DNA from: Escherichia phage vB_EcoM-UFV09
DNA length: 64,000 bases
Direction: 5' to 3' (one strand)
Sequence record: MZ291552.2
The position numbers and the translations under genes were made by a program. This document shows positions 55,837 to 64,000 of this stretch, piece after piece. Numbering within the stretch: the stretch's first letter is position 1; every line of letters begins with the position of its first letter. The notes beneath the pieces were generated by a model that made no database searches, had not been told where the DNA came from, and worked only from the letters and a program-made list of their open reading frames with translations.

Positions 55837-55843
55837 ATAAATA
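55836..55843 (+). promoter_or_regulatory. T4-type late promoter box TATAAATA upstream of gene 36
   Basis: Exact TATAAATA about 24 bp upstream of the gene 36 ATG. Confidence 0.5.
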
Positions 55844-55866
55844 CTATTAAAATAAAGGGGCATACA

Positions 55867-56523
55867 ATGGCTGATTTAAAAGTAGGTTCAACAACCGGAG
55901 GCTCTGTCATTTGGCATCAAGGAAATTTTCCATTGAATCCAGCCGGTGACGATGTACTCTATAAATCATTTAAAATATATTCAGAATATAATAAACCACA
56001 AGCAACTGATAACGATTTCGTTTCTAAAGCTAATGGTGGTACTTATTTAAATAAAGTAATTTTTAATAAAGGAATGACTGTTCCTGGTGCTGGGTCAGGT
56101 GACAACGGTATTTTTGCCGGTCCTGGTGATAATGCCACATATGATACTACAAATATGGATATTGTTTCATGGTATGGTATCGGCTTTAAATCATCACAAG
56201 GAGCAGCAGGTAGAACTGTAGTAATTAACACACGAAACGGAGATATTAGCTCAAAGGGTGTAATTGAAGCATCACAAATACGCGCAACTTCGTTATCACC
56301 AGTAAATAATTATGACCTTACGAGAAAAGATTATGTTGATGGAGCAATAAATATTGTTACAACAAATGCAAACTCTAGAGTATTACGCTCTGGAGACACT
56401 ATGACAGGAAATTTAACTGCGCCAAACCTTTTTTCACAGAATCCTGCATCTCAACCCTCGCATGTTCCGCGATTTGACCAAATCGTAATTAAGGATTCTG
56501 TTCAAGATTTCGGCTATTATTAA
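55867..56523 (+). CDS. 36: Long tail fibre distal connector
   Basis: 218 aa (T4 gp36 221 aa); synteny. Confidence 0.85.
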   Translation: MADLKVGSTTGGSVIWHQGNFPLNPAGDDVLYKSFKIYSEYNKPQATDNDFVSKANGGTYLNKVIFNKGMTVPGAGSGDNGIFAGPGDNATYDTTNMDIVSWYGIGFKSSQGAAGRTVVINTRNGDISSKGVIEASQIRATSLSPVNNYDLTRKDYVDGAINIVTTNANSRVLRSGDTMTGNLTAPNLFSQNPASQPSHVPRFDQIVIKDSVQDFGYY

Positions 56524-56531
56524 GAGGACTT

Positions 56532-59500
56532 ATGGCTACTTTAAAACAAATACAATTTAAAAGAAGCAAAACGGCAGGTCAACGTCCAGCTGCTTCAGTA
56601 TTAGCCGAAGGTGAATTGGCTATAAACTTAAAAGACCGTGTACTTTTTACTAAAGATGACCAGGGAAATATTATTGATTTAGGTTTTGCTAAAGGCGGTA
56701 GTATTGACGGGAATGTTATTCATAAAGGCAATTATAACCAAACTGGAGATTATACTTTAAACGGTACATTCACCCAGACTGGTAATTTTAATTTAACCGG
56801 TATTGCTCGAGTAACTCGTGATATTATTGCTGCTGGGCAGATTATGACTGAAGGCGGAGAACTTATTACAAAAAGTTCAGGTACATCACATGTTCGTTTT
56901 CATGATTCAGCTGACCGTGAACGCGGTATTATTTTTTCTCCTGCTAATGATGGATTAACTACACAAGTAATTAACATCAGAGTTCAAGATTACAAAGCCG
57001 GTTCAGAAAATACTTTTTCTTTTAGCGGTAGTGGTCTTTTCACATCGCCGGAAGTTTCTGCATGGAAATCTATGTCAACCCCCCAGATTTTGACTAACAA
57101 AGTCATTACTAATAATAAATCTACGAGTGATTATGACATTTATTCGATGGCAGACAATGTTCCATTGTCTGAAAGCACTACTGCTATTAATCATCTTCGT
57201 GTTATGCGTAATGCAGTTGGTTCTGGTATTTTTCATGAAGTTAAAGATAATGATGGAATAACATGGTATAGTGGAGATGGATTAGATGCTTATCTGTGGT
57301 CATTTACCTGGAGCGGCGGAATTAAATCAAGTCACTCAATTTCCATCGGTTTAACACCCGGACCTAAGGATTACTCAATATTAGGACCGTCTAGTATCGC
57401 TTTAGGAGATAATGATACTGGATTTAAATGGCATCAAGACGGATATTATTTCAGTGTTAACAATGGCACAAAAACGTTTTTATTTAGTCCCAGCGAAACA
57501 ACTAGCCTAAGAAAATTTGTAGCTGGATATTCTACTAACGGAACCGATTTAACTACTCCTCCAACTGAAAATTATGCTCTTGCTACTGTAGTGACATACC
57601 ACGATAATAACGCGTTTGAAGATGGTCAGACTCTTTTAGGATATTATCAAGGCGGTAATTATCATCACTATTTCCGCGGTAAAGGTACTACAAACATTAA
57701 TACTCACGGTGGTTTGTTAGTTACTCCTGGTAATATTGACGTTATTGGTGGTTCTGTTAATATCGATGGTAGAAATAATGCTTCTACACTGATGTTTAGA
57801 GGTAACACAACTGGTAGTAGTTCAGTTGATAATATGACAATTTCCGTTTGGGGCAATACGTTTACTAATCCTAGTGTAGGTAATCGTAAAAACGTCATGG
57901 AAATTTCTGATGCAACTAGTTGGATGAGCTATATTCAAAGACTTACAACAGGTGAAGTAGAAATGAACGTTAACGGTTCATTTGAATCATCTGGTGTTAC
58001 TGCTGGAAATAGAGGAGTTCACACAACAGGCGAAATTTCATCTGGAGCAGTGAATGCGCTTCGTATTTGGAACGCAGATTATGGAGCCATTTTTAGACGT
58101 TCAGAAGGTAGTCTTCATATTATTCCGACTGCTTATGGTGAAGGCAAAAATGGTGATATCGGTCCACTTCGTCCATTTAGTATTGCTTTGGATACTGGTA
58201 AGGTTGTTATTCCAGATTTAGAATCAAGTTATAACACGTTTGCTGCAAATGGCTACATTAAATTTGCTGGTCATGGCGCGGGTGCAGGTGGTTATGATAT
58301 TCAGTATTCACAAGCTGCTCCTATTTTCCAAGAAATCGATGATGCTGCTGTAAGCAAATATTATCCTATTGTTAAACAGAAGTTTTTAAATGGTAAAGCT
58401 GTCTGGTCTTTGGGTACTGAAATTAATTCTGGTACATTTGTTTTACATCATTTGAAAGAAGATGGTTCACAAGGCCATACATCAAGATTTAATGCTGATG
58501 GTACAGTCAATTTCCCCGATAACGTTCAAGTCGGTGGTGGTGAAGCTACTATTGCTCGTAATGGTAATATTTTCTCAGATATTTGGAAATCGTTTACTTC
58601 TGCGGGAGAAACCACAAATATTCGCGATGCAATAGCTACTCGTGTTGCCAAAGAAGGCGATACGATGACTGGCAAATTAATCGTTAAAAGAGGCTCTGAC
58701 GCTATTAACATTGCTGCCGATGAAAATGATTCTTGCTATTTACTTGGAACATCGGGTGGAGCGAATTCATGGTACATTGGTAAAGGAGGAGCAGATGACA
58801 CTGCTTCATTTTATAATTTCAAAACTACCGCAGGAATTACTCTTAATAGTGTTGGTGATATTGATTTTAACGTTAAAAATCAAGCTACTGCAGCTTCATT
58901 AAATTTTTATCGTTTATATTTAAATGGAAGACAGTGGACAGCTACACAAGGACATGGATATAATAATCAATGGCAAACAGAAGCCCCATTCTTCGTTGAC
59001 TTTGGCGAATCTGTTCCGAAAGATAGTTATATGCCTATAATTAAAGGAAGAAGCCAAATCATTAACGAAGGATATGCCACAAAGGCAGATTTTGGTATTA
59101 TTCGATTAGGCGGAAATGCTACTTGGGGAAATGCAGTAATTCGTGTTGGTTCTGCAGAAAGCGGAGATAGCAGTCATCCTAATGCAATATTTGTGTTTCA
59201 GGCTAATGGCGATTTTAAAGCTCCGGCTGGCCTTCGTGCTGGTGTTAACTTGGGCGTCGGCACAATTCCAGTATGGGGCGGAGCATCTATCGCCATCGGT
59301 GATGATGATACCGGTTTAGTTCATGGCGGCGATGGTCGAATTAATATGTATGCTAACGCGCAGCATATTGCATCATGGGGCACGATGTATCAATCTCATC
59401 CAGGCCTTTGGGATTCATATGGAGCTTTTTGGACAGAAGTTGGCAAAGCAATTATTTCTCATGGCCATTTAGTTCAGGCGAATGACAGTTATTCCACATA

Positions 59501-59858
59501 TGTACGCGATGTTTATGTCCGCTCTGATATTCGTGTCAAAAAGGACCTAGTTAAATTTGAAAATGCTTCTGAGAAGCTTTCAAAAATTAACGGTTACACT
59601 TATATGCAGAAGCGAGGTCTAGATGAAGAAGGTAATCAAAAATGGGAACCTAACGCAGGTTTAATTGCTCAAGAAGTTCAAGCTATTTTACCTGAATTAG
59701 TTGAAGGCGATCAGGATGGTGAAGCACTACTTCGTTTGAACTACAACGGTGTAATCGGTTTAAATACAGCTGCAATCAATGAGCATACTGCAGAAATTGC
59801 AGAACTTAAGTCAGAGATTGAAGAGCTTAAAAAATTAGTCAAATCATTGTTAAAATAA
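56532..59858 (+). CDS. 37: Long tail fibre distal subunit with C-terminal chaperone-like domain
   Basis: 1108 aa; synteny; C-terminal [26 protein letters not shown]...[14 protein letters not shown] followed by a coiled-coil tail. Confidence 0.85.
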   Translation: MATLKQIQFKRSKTAGQRPAASVLAEGELAINLKDRVLFTKDDQGNIIDLGFAKGGSIDGNVIHKGNYNQTGDYTLNGTFTQTGNFNLTGIARVTRDIIAAGQIMTEGGELITKSSGTSHVRFHDSADRERGIIFSPANDGLTTQVINIRVQDYKAGSENTFSFSGSGLFTSPEVSAWKSMSTPQILTNKVITNNKSTSDYDIYSMADNVPLSESTTAINHLRVMRNAVGSGIFHEVKDNDGITWYSGDGLDAYLWSFTWSGGIKSSHSISIGLTPGPKDYSILGPSSIALGDNDTGFKWHQDGYYFSVNNGTKTFLFSPSETTSLRKFVAGYSTNGTDLTTPPTENYALATVVTYHDNNAFEDGQTLLGYYQGGNYHHYFRGKGTTNINTHGGLLVTPGNIDVIGGSVNIDGRNNASTLMFRGNTTGSSSVDNMTISVWGNTFTNPSVGNRKNVMEISDATSWMSYIQRLTTGEVEMNVNGSFESSGVTAGNRGVHTTGEISSGAVNALRIWNADYGAIFRRSEGSLHIIPTAYGEGKNGDIGPLRPFSIALDTGKVVIPDLESSYNTFAANGYIKFAGHGAGAGGYDIQYSQAAPIFQEIDDAAVSKYYPIVKQKFLNGKAVWSLGTEINSGTFVLHHLKEDGSQGHTSRFNADGTVNFPDNVQVGGGEATIARNGNIFSDIWKSFTSAGETTNIRDAIATRVAKEGDTMTGKLIVKRGSDAINIAADENDSCYLLGTSGGANSWYIGKGGADDTASFYNFKTTAGITLNSVGDIDFNVKNQATAASLNFYRLYLNGRQWTATQGHGYNNQWQTEAPFFVDFGESVPKDSYMPIIKGRSQIINEGYATKADFGIIRLGGNATWGNAVIRVGSAESGDSSHPNAIFVFQANGDFKAPAGLRAGVNLGVGTIPVWGGASIAIGDDDTGLVHGGDGRINMYANAQHIASWGTMYQSHPGLWDSYGAFWTEVGKAIISHGHLVQANDSYSTYVRDVYVRSDIRVKKDLVKFENASEKLSKINGYTYMQKRGLDEEGNQKWEPNAGLIAQEVQAILPELVEGDQDGEALLRLNYNGVIGLNTAAINEHTAEIAELKSEIEELKKLVKSLLK

Positions 59859-59863
59859 AATGA

Positions 59864-59877
59864 GGGGCTTCGGCCCC
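59864..59877 (+). terminator. Stem-loop with UUCG tetraloop directly after the gene 37 stop
   Basis: ggggc-ttcg-gcccc; weak U tract, so may be an attenuator or stability element. Confidence 0.4.
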
Positions 59878-59889
59878 TTGGAGGTTTAT

Positions 59890-60684
59890 ATGGCAGTTGA
59901 AGGACCGTGGGTAGGATGGTCTGCGAGGGTACAAACTGGAGACCCTTGGATGGGTGGTGCCGCGCAGAGATTGAGAATGGGAATTCCGTTTTGGATGAGT
60001 AATATGATAGGTCGATCTGTTGAAGTAATTCACACACTTGGAGCGGACCATAACTTCAATGGTCAATGGTTCCGAGATAGATGTTTTGAGGCAGGTAGTG
60101 CACCTATAGTGTTTAATATTACCGGAAATTTGGTATCATATTCTAGAGACGTTCCTTTATTCTTTATGTATGGAGATACACCTAATGAATATGTTCAGTT
60201 GAATATTGGTGGCGGCGTCCATATGTGGGGTAGAGGTGGACAAGGTGGATGGACTCATTCCGGCGGAGATGGTAATGGTCAACAAGGTGGTCATTGTATT
60301 CAAAATGACATCGGTGGACGATTAAGAATTAATAACGGTGGAGTAATTTGCGGTGGAGGTGGAGGTGGAGGTGGTATCGCTTATCGTCCTCGCTCTGGCG
60401 CAAAATGGCAAGATATTGGTGGTGGCGGTGGAAGACCATTTGGCCCAGGAGGTGGCGGCGGTTACTCGGGTGGCGCAGCTTCATACGACGGTCCAGGAGG
60501 TGGTTATCAATACGGAAATGCTCACTCCGGCCAGGGTGGCGATGCCGGAGGAAATGGACAAAATGCCTGGTCGGATGGCGGTAAAGTTCTAAAAGTTGGA
60601 GCTGGTGGCGCTGCCGGATATGCTGTTATAGGATCCGCTCCAACATGGCAAAATGTTGGAGTAATATATGGTCCAAGGGTATAA
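59890..60684 (+). CDS. 38: T2-type receptor-recognising adhesin with glycine-rich motifs
   Basis: 264 aa from MAVEGPW with GGAGG RBS; poly-Gly tracts separated by short variable segments; conserved C-terminus [22 protein letters not shown]. Confidence 0.8.
   Translation: MAVEGPWVGWSARVQTGDPWMGGAAQRLRMGIPFWMSNMIGRSVEVIHTLGADHNFNGQWFRDRCFEAGSAPIVFNITGNLVSYSRDVPLFFMYGDTPNEYVQLNIGGGVHMWGRGGQGGWTHSGGDGNGQQGGHCIQNDIGGRLRINNGGVICGGGGGGGGIAYRPRSGAKWQDIGGGGGRPFGPGGGGGYSGGAASYDGPGGGYQYGNAHSGQGGDAGGNGQNAWSDGGKVLKVGAGGAAGYAVIGSAPTWQNVGVIYGPRV
60352..60375 (+). repeat. (GGTGGA)x4 microsatellite encoding a poly-Gly tract in gene 38
   Basis: ggtggaggtggaggtggaggtggt read directly. Confidence 0.8.
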
Positions 60685-60714
60685 TTTGAATAAATATCCT
60701 TAAAAGGAGGGTCT

Positions 60715-61371
60715 ATGGCAGCACCTAGAATATCATTTTCGCCCTCTGATATTCTATTTGGTGTTCTAGATCGCTTGTTCAAAGATAACGCTACCGGGAA
60801 AGTTCTTGCTTCCCGGGTAGCTGTCGTAATTCTTTTATTTATGATGGCGATTGTTTGGTATAGGGGAGATAGTTTCTTTGAGTACTATAAGCAATCAAAG
60901 TATGAAACATACAGTGAAATTATTGAAAAGGAAAGAAATGCACGCTTTGAATCTGTCGCCCTGGAACAACTCCAGATAGTTCACATATCATCTGAGGCAG
61001 ACTTTAGTGCGGTGTATTCTTTCCGCCCTAAAAACTTAAACTATTTTGTCGATATTATAGCATATGAAGGAAAATTACCTTCAACAATAAGTGAAAAATC
61101 ACTTGGAGGATATCCTGTTGATAAAACTATGGATGAATATGCAGTTCATTTAAATGGACGTCATTATTATTCCAACTCAAAATTTGCTTTTTTACCAACT
61201 AAAAAGCCTACTCCCGAAATAAACTACATGTACAGTTGTCCATATTTTAATTTGGATAATATCTATGCTGGAACGATAACCATGTACTGGTATAGAAATG
61301 ATCATATAAGTAATGACCGCCTTGAATCAATATGCGCCCAGGCGGCCAGAATATTAGGAAGGGCTAAATAA
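60715..61371 (+). CDS. t: Holin
   Basis: 218 aa, same as T4 T; N-terminal TM segment; sequence MAAPRISFSPSDILFGVLDRLFKDNATGKVLASR. Confidence 0.9.
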   Translation: MAAPRISFSPSDILFGVLDRLFKDNATGKVLASRVAVVILLFMMAIVWYRGDSFFEYYKQSKYETYSEIIEKERNARFESVALEQLQIVHISSEADFSAVYSFRPKNLNYFVDIIAYEGKLPSTISEKSLGGYPVDKTMDEYAVHLNGRHYYSNSKFAFLPTKKPTPEINYMYSCPYFNLDNIYAGTITMYWYRNDHISNDRLESICAQAARILGRAK

Positions 61372-61644
61372 TTATTTGTTCGTATACATCTCTAGATATC
61401 GATATACACCCTCAAAACCCTCGTTGAATTCGTCGATGAGGGTTTTCTTATCTTCTTGAGTTAATTCAGAAACAATTTTACGGAATGAATTCTGATTTAA
61501 TTTTCTACCTTCATGTGTTACTCCAATCTCATTCAGAAATGCAATAAAATTAGCACGATTTTCAACAATATCTTCTCTGGAAAATTTAATCAAAATAGAC
61601 GCAACAGTAATAATTTCACGAACTGTATCAATATTTTTATTCAT
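61372..61644 (-). CDS. asiA: Anti-sigma70 factor
   Basis: 90 aa; sequence MNKNIDTVREIITVASILIKFSREDIVENRANFIAF recognised as T4 AsiA. Confidence 0.9.
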   Translation of the reverse strand: MNKNIDTVREIITVASILIKFSREDIVENRANFIAFLNEIGVTHEGRKLNQNSFRKIVSELTQEDKKTLIDEFNEGFEGVYRYLEMYTNK

Positions 61645-61656
61645 TAACTATACCAC

Positions 61657-61809
61657 TCAATTAGTTGACTTTGTTATAATATCATCAGACGCTTGATTTG
61701 TAAACTGGTCTGTGTTATTTTCTTCAAAAATTTTTTCTACGAATTCCTTGAACGACTTACGTTCCTGAGCTACATTATGCTCGATTACTTTTTCAAGATT
61801 ATGACTCAT
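61657..61809 (-). CDS. Unlisted small acidic ORF (50 aa) between asiA and arn
   Basis: Hand-translated MSHNLEKVIEHNVAQERKSFKEFVEKIFEENNTDQFTNQASDDIITKSTN; its ATG overlaps the upstream stop as ATGA. Confidence 0.4.
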   Translation of the reverse strand: MSHNLEKVIEHNVAQERKSFKEFVEKIFEENNTDQFTNQASDDIITKSTN

Positions 61810-62084
61810 TCGAAATAATCTTCAATTTCATAATCATGGACGTAAATCATTATAGTTTTTAATACATCATCAATACTTTTTCCTGGAGCTGGAATTACGT
61901 AGAAATATCCTGCTTTTGAGAGGTCTTTATAAGTTCCAATCAGGAAATCATTATTCTCGAGATGTAGTTCTTCAACTAATTCATTAACAATTGAGTGGTA
62001 TAAATTTGGTAGAAACTTATGTAGCTTTTCTAGAATATCAATTTTGATTGTGTATTGAACCACAGACTGAGAATCAATAATCAT
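61806..62084 (-). CDS. arn: Anti-restriction nuclease (candidate DNA-mimic inhibitor of McrBC)
   Basis: 92 aa, same as T4 Arn; acidic C-terminus; position next to asiA. Confidence 0.6.
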   Translation of the reverse strand: MIIDSQSVVQYTIKIDILEKLHKFLPNLYHSIVNELVEELHLENNDFLIGTYKDLSKAGYFYVIPAPGKSIDDVLKTIMIYVHDYEIEDYFE

Positions 62085-62167
62085 AGACCTTCCCCTTATG
62101 TTTCTGTTTACGATTAGAATCTTTAAACGCTTTCTTCTTATCTTTATGAACAGAAGCTTTATTAAAA

Positions 62168-62386
62168 TTATGTTTTGCGACTAAATTGTTCATAGTGCTG
62201 AATTACCTCTCTTAAACATTTGCATGTGAATGAGAACTTTTTAGCTACACCACATTCAAATATATGTTCTCTTAAATCACGTGTATCAGTATATCCCATC
62301 TCAACAATAAAATGCCTTATTAGATTTTTATCTTTATCATTGAGAGAATTAAAATAATCAGATTTTGAATTAATTTCCCTGGCCAA
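62168..62386 (-). CDS. Hypothetical small protein
   Basis: 72-aa ORF with a Cys cluster. Confidence 0.5.
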   Translation of the reverse strand: MAREINSKSDYFNSLNDKDKNLIRHFIVEMGYTDTRDLREHIFECGVAKKFSFTCKCLREVIQHYEQFSRKT

Positions 62387-62582
62387 ATTGAATCACCTTC
62401 AGTTGACGTTTTAATTCTTTTATCATTTCTTCGTTCATCGCAATATAAAGATCGCGTAAAGCAGGTTTTAGCATTCCATTTACCGGAGAACTAAATGGGC
62501 ATACATAATCTTTTCCTACAAGCTTTTTGGTAAATTCCATATCACAAAATTTAAATGCTGGCTCATTCGCATAAATCCCCAA
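62370..62582 (-). CDS. Hypothetical small protein; may be the 3' part of a frameshifted gene extending to 62664
   Basis: 70-aa ORF; a 49-aa ORF in another frame lies directly upstream and the two join if one G is added to a GGGG run. Confidence 0.45.
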   Translation of the reverse strand: MGIYANEPAFKFCDMEFTKKLVGKDYVCPFSSPVNGMLKPALRDLYIAMNEEMIKELKRQLKVIQFGQGN

Positions 62583-62664
62583 TTAGTTGACATCATTTTA
62601 TTGGCATATTCCAGTGCCTGAATTTGATTCATAATTCCATCAATTTGAAACTTTTTAATATTCA

Positions 62665-63126
62665 TTAGTAAAGGTCCTCAGAGTAAAGTTCTTTTTCACT
62701 ACCACCACGTTCAATACGTACTTGTCCAGCGTAAGTTGCAATAATCATTGCTTCTTCGCGTGTCCAATAATTACTGTATTGGTCAATAAACCCTTGGTCA
62801 TCATCACAAACTTGTTGAGTAACTAATTGAGGTTTAACTACATCTAAAACTTCTGCCATATCTTTAGAATAATGACGAGCACCTGGAATAACGAGAGTTC
62901 GTCCATCTTTTAATTTAAAACGGTTGGCTGCACAGACAATTCGTCGTTGATACTTTTGGTTTTCATCCCAATACGCAGTCTGCCAACATATTTCAGGAAC
63001 TTCATCTAAAACATTTTGTTCTGTATATTCACCGCCGTAAGAAGCTAATTTAGCAGCCAGACTTTCCGGAGTCTCACGTAACAAAGCTTTATCTAACAGA
63101 GCTAAACGTTCTTTAAAAGTTTTCAT
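62665..63126 (-). CDS. Hypothetical protein
   Basis: 153-aa ORF. Confidence 0.55.
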   Translation of the reverse strand: MKTFKERLALLDKALLRETPESLAAKLASYGGEYTEQNVLDEVPEICWQTAYWDENQKYQRRIVCAANRFKLKDGRTLVIPGARHYSKDMAEVLDVVKPQLVTQQVCDDDQGFIDQYSNYWTREEAMIIATYAGQVRIERGGSEKELYSEDLY

Positions 63127-63452
63127 TTAAACCATCCTTTAATACGTTGCCACAAAGTTTTCTGTTGAGCTTTGTTAACACCAATTGAGCGAATAACCGG
63201 TTGAGATTCCTGGAATTCTTTATAATCAGCAAGATAAATTTCGTAAGCTGCATCTGTAAAGGAACTTATCGCTGCCATAAAATTATTACGAATACCTACT
63301 GGAGCATCTTTACTTTCACGAATAATCATGTATTTACCAGTCTTAATCTTTACGATAGTTCCAAGATAAGCTCCATGATACCAGATGTCCCAACCCTCTT
63401 GAGTAGGTTCTGCACAACGACGAAGTTCATTGACAATTTCTAACTTGTTCAT
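63123..63452 (-). CDS. Hypothetical protein
   Basis: 109-aa ORF overlapping the neighbour stop. Confidence 0.55.
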   Translation of the reverse strand: MNKLEIVNELRRCAEPTQEGWDIWYHGAYLGTIVKIKTGKYMIIRESKDAPVGIRNNFMAAISSFTDAAYEIYLADYKEFQESQPVIRSIGVNKAQQKTLWQRIKGWFK

Positions 63453-63462
63453 TATTTATTCC

Positions 63463-64000
63463 TCACAGTTCAGATGCTACAGTTATTACTGCTTCAATGT
63501 TTTCTGCTGAGCGTTTAATGTCAAGATACACATTACCGTTTTTAGCGATTTTACATGACATTCCGATGTCAGTAAATTTCTGAATATGATGTTCCATCAT
63601 TTTGTATCCAAAAATTCGCATGTTTCCATTATTGTTAATTTCAAAATTGCGAATTCCGTGAGTGCGTTTTTCTAAAATAGCAAGATAGTTACTGCGGTAA
63701 GTTTCAACCTTTTTAAGAACAAATCCATTTTCATCTAAAAGTTTTAACATGAGGTCTTTATCTTCTTCCATATCGGAAGTAATTTCGCGAGCTTTACGAG
63801 TTGCTCGTTTTTTCAGCAGTTCGGGAGCATTTTCCTGTGCATATAAAGTTGCTGCATTTGAAATAATATCCTGAGCTTCACCAGTAATGATTAATCCATC
63901 ACCAGATTTCTCTACCAGGCCTTTTTTAATCAATACCCCAATATTATTATTAACTACTGCGTTACCTAAATCTGGATGCACCTCACGAACTTCTGCAGCT
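63463..64000 (-). CDS. motA: MotA middle-transcription activator, truncated at window end (N-terminus outside window)
   Basis: Sequence HPDLGNAVVNNNIGVLIKKGLVEKSGDGLIITGEAQDI recognised as T4 MotA; frame open to the window edge. Confidence 0.85.
   Translation of the reverse strand, partial: AAEVREVHPDLGNAVVNNNIGVLIKKGLVEKSGDGLIITGEAQDIISNAATLYAQENAPELLKKRATRKAREITSDMEEDKDLMLKLLDENGFVLKKVETYRSNYLAILEKRTHGIRNFEINNNGNMRIFGYKMMEHHIQKFTDIGMSCKIAKNGNVYLDIKRSAENIEAVITVASEL

Noticed and set aside
59860-59889. Upstream ATG at 59860 as the gene 38 start (track ORF of 274 aa)
   Set aside because: That ATG lies inside the post-gene-37 hairpin and has no ribosome-binding site; the ATG at 59890 follows GGAGG and gives an MAV... 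N-terminus like adhesin-type gp38.
60348-60592. Plus-strand ORFs translating as Arg/Trp-rich repeats (RWRWRW...)
   Set aside because: They are alternate frames of the glycine-rich coding repeats of gene 38.

Overview
This window reads as a contiguous segment of a T4-like (T-even) myovirus genome, colinear with the phage T4 map from gene 18 (tail sheath, 5' truncated at the window start) to motA (truncated at the window end). All calls rest on reading the supplied ORF translations, synteny and motifs from memory; no database search or computation was run. Content in order: tail and head morphogenesis genes (18, 19, 20, 67, 68, 21, 22, 23, 24); rnlB, hoc, inh, uvsW, uvsY; baseplate genes (25, 26, 51, 27, 28, 29, 48, 54); two tandem Alt-family ADP-ribosyltransferase genes; DNA ligase (30) and a run of small accessory ORFs; rIII, 31, cd, pseT, a spanin pair, alc, rnlA, denA, nrdB, nrdA, td, frd, 32, 59, 33, dsbA, rnh; the long tail fibre cassette (34, 35, 36, 37, 38); holin t; asiA, arn and motA. 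Genes are tightly packed, often with ATGA or TAATG overlaps. Recognisable signals include T4-type late promoters (TATAAATA), sigma70-like early promoters, many GNRA/UUCG tetraloop hairpin terminators and the gene 32 translational operator. I found no CRISPR array, tRNA, integrase, transposase or homing endonuclease gene, and no clearly foreign defence or anti-defence operon. The points most worth a second look are: (1) hoc is interrupted by a single in-frame TAA and also carries an extra, tandemly duplicated Ig-like domain; (2) two tandem Alt-like paralogs with conserved N-termini and catalytic R-S-E motifs but divergent central regions; (3) a perfect 99-bp in-frame tandem duplication inside gene 34; (4) a roughly 410-bp insertion with a 115-aa ORF between frd and td, which overlap in T4; (5) a 54-bp exactly repeated early promoter and leader at two loci about 15 kb apart; (6) a YbiA/NADAR-like small protein (30.3 position) downstream of DNA ligase and about 2.8 kb from the Alt pair; (7) a T2-type glycine-rich gp38 adhesin and a gp37 with a chaperone-like C-terminus.
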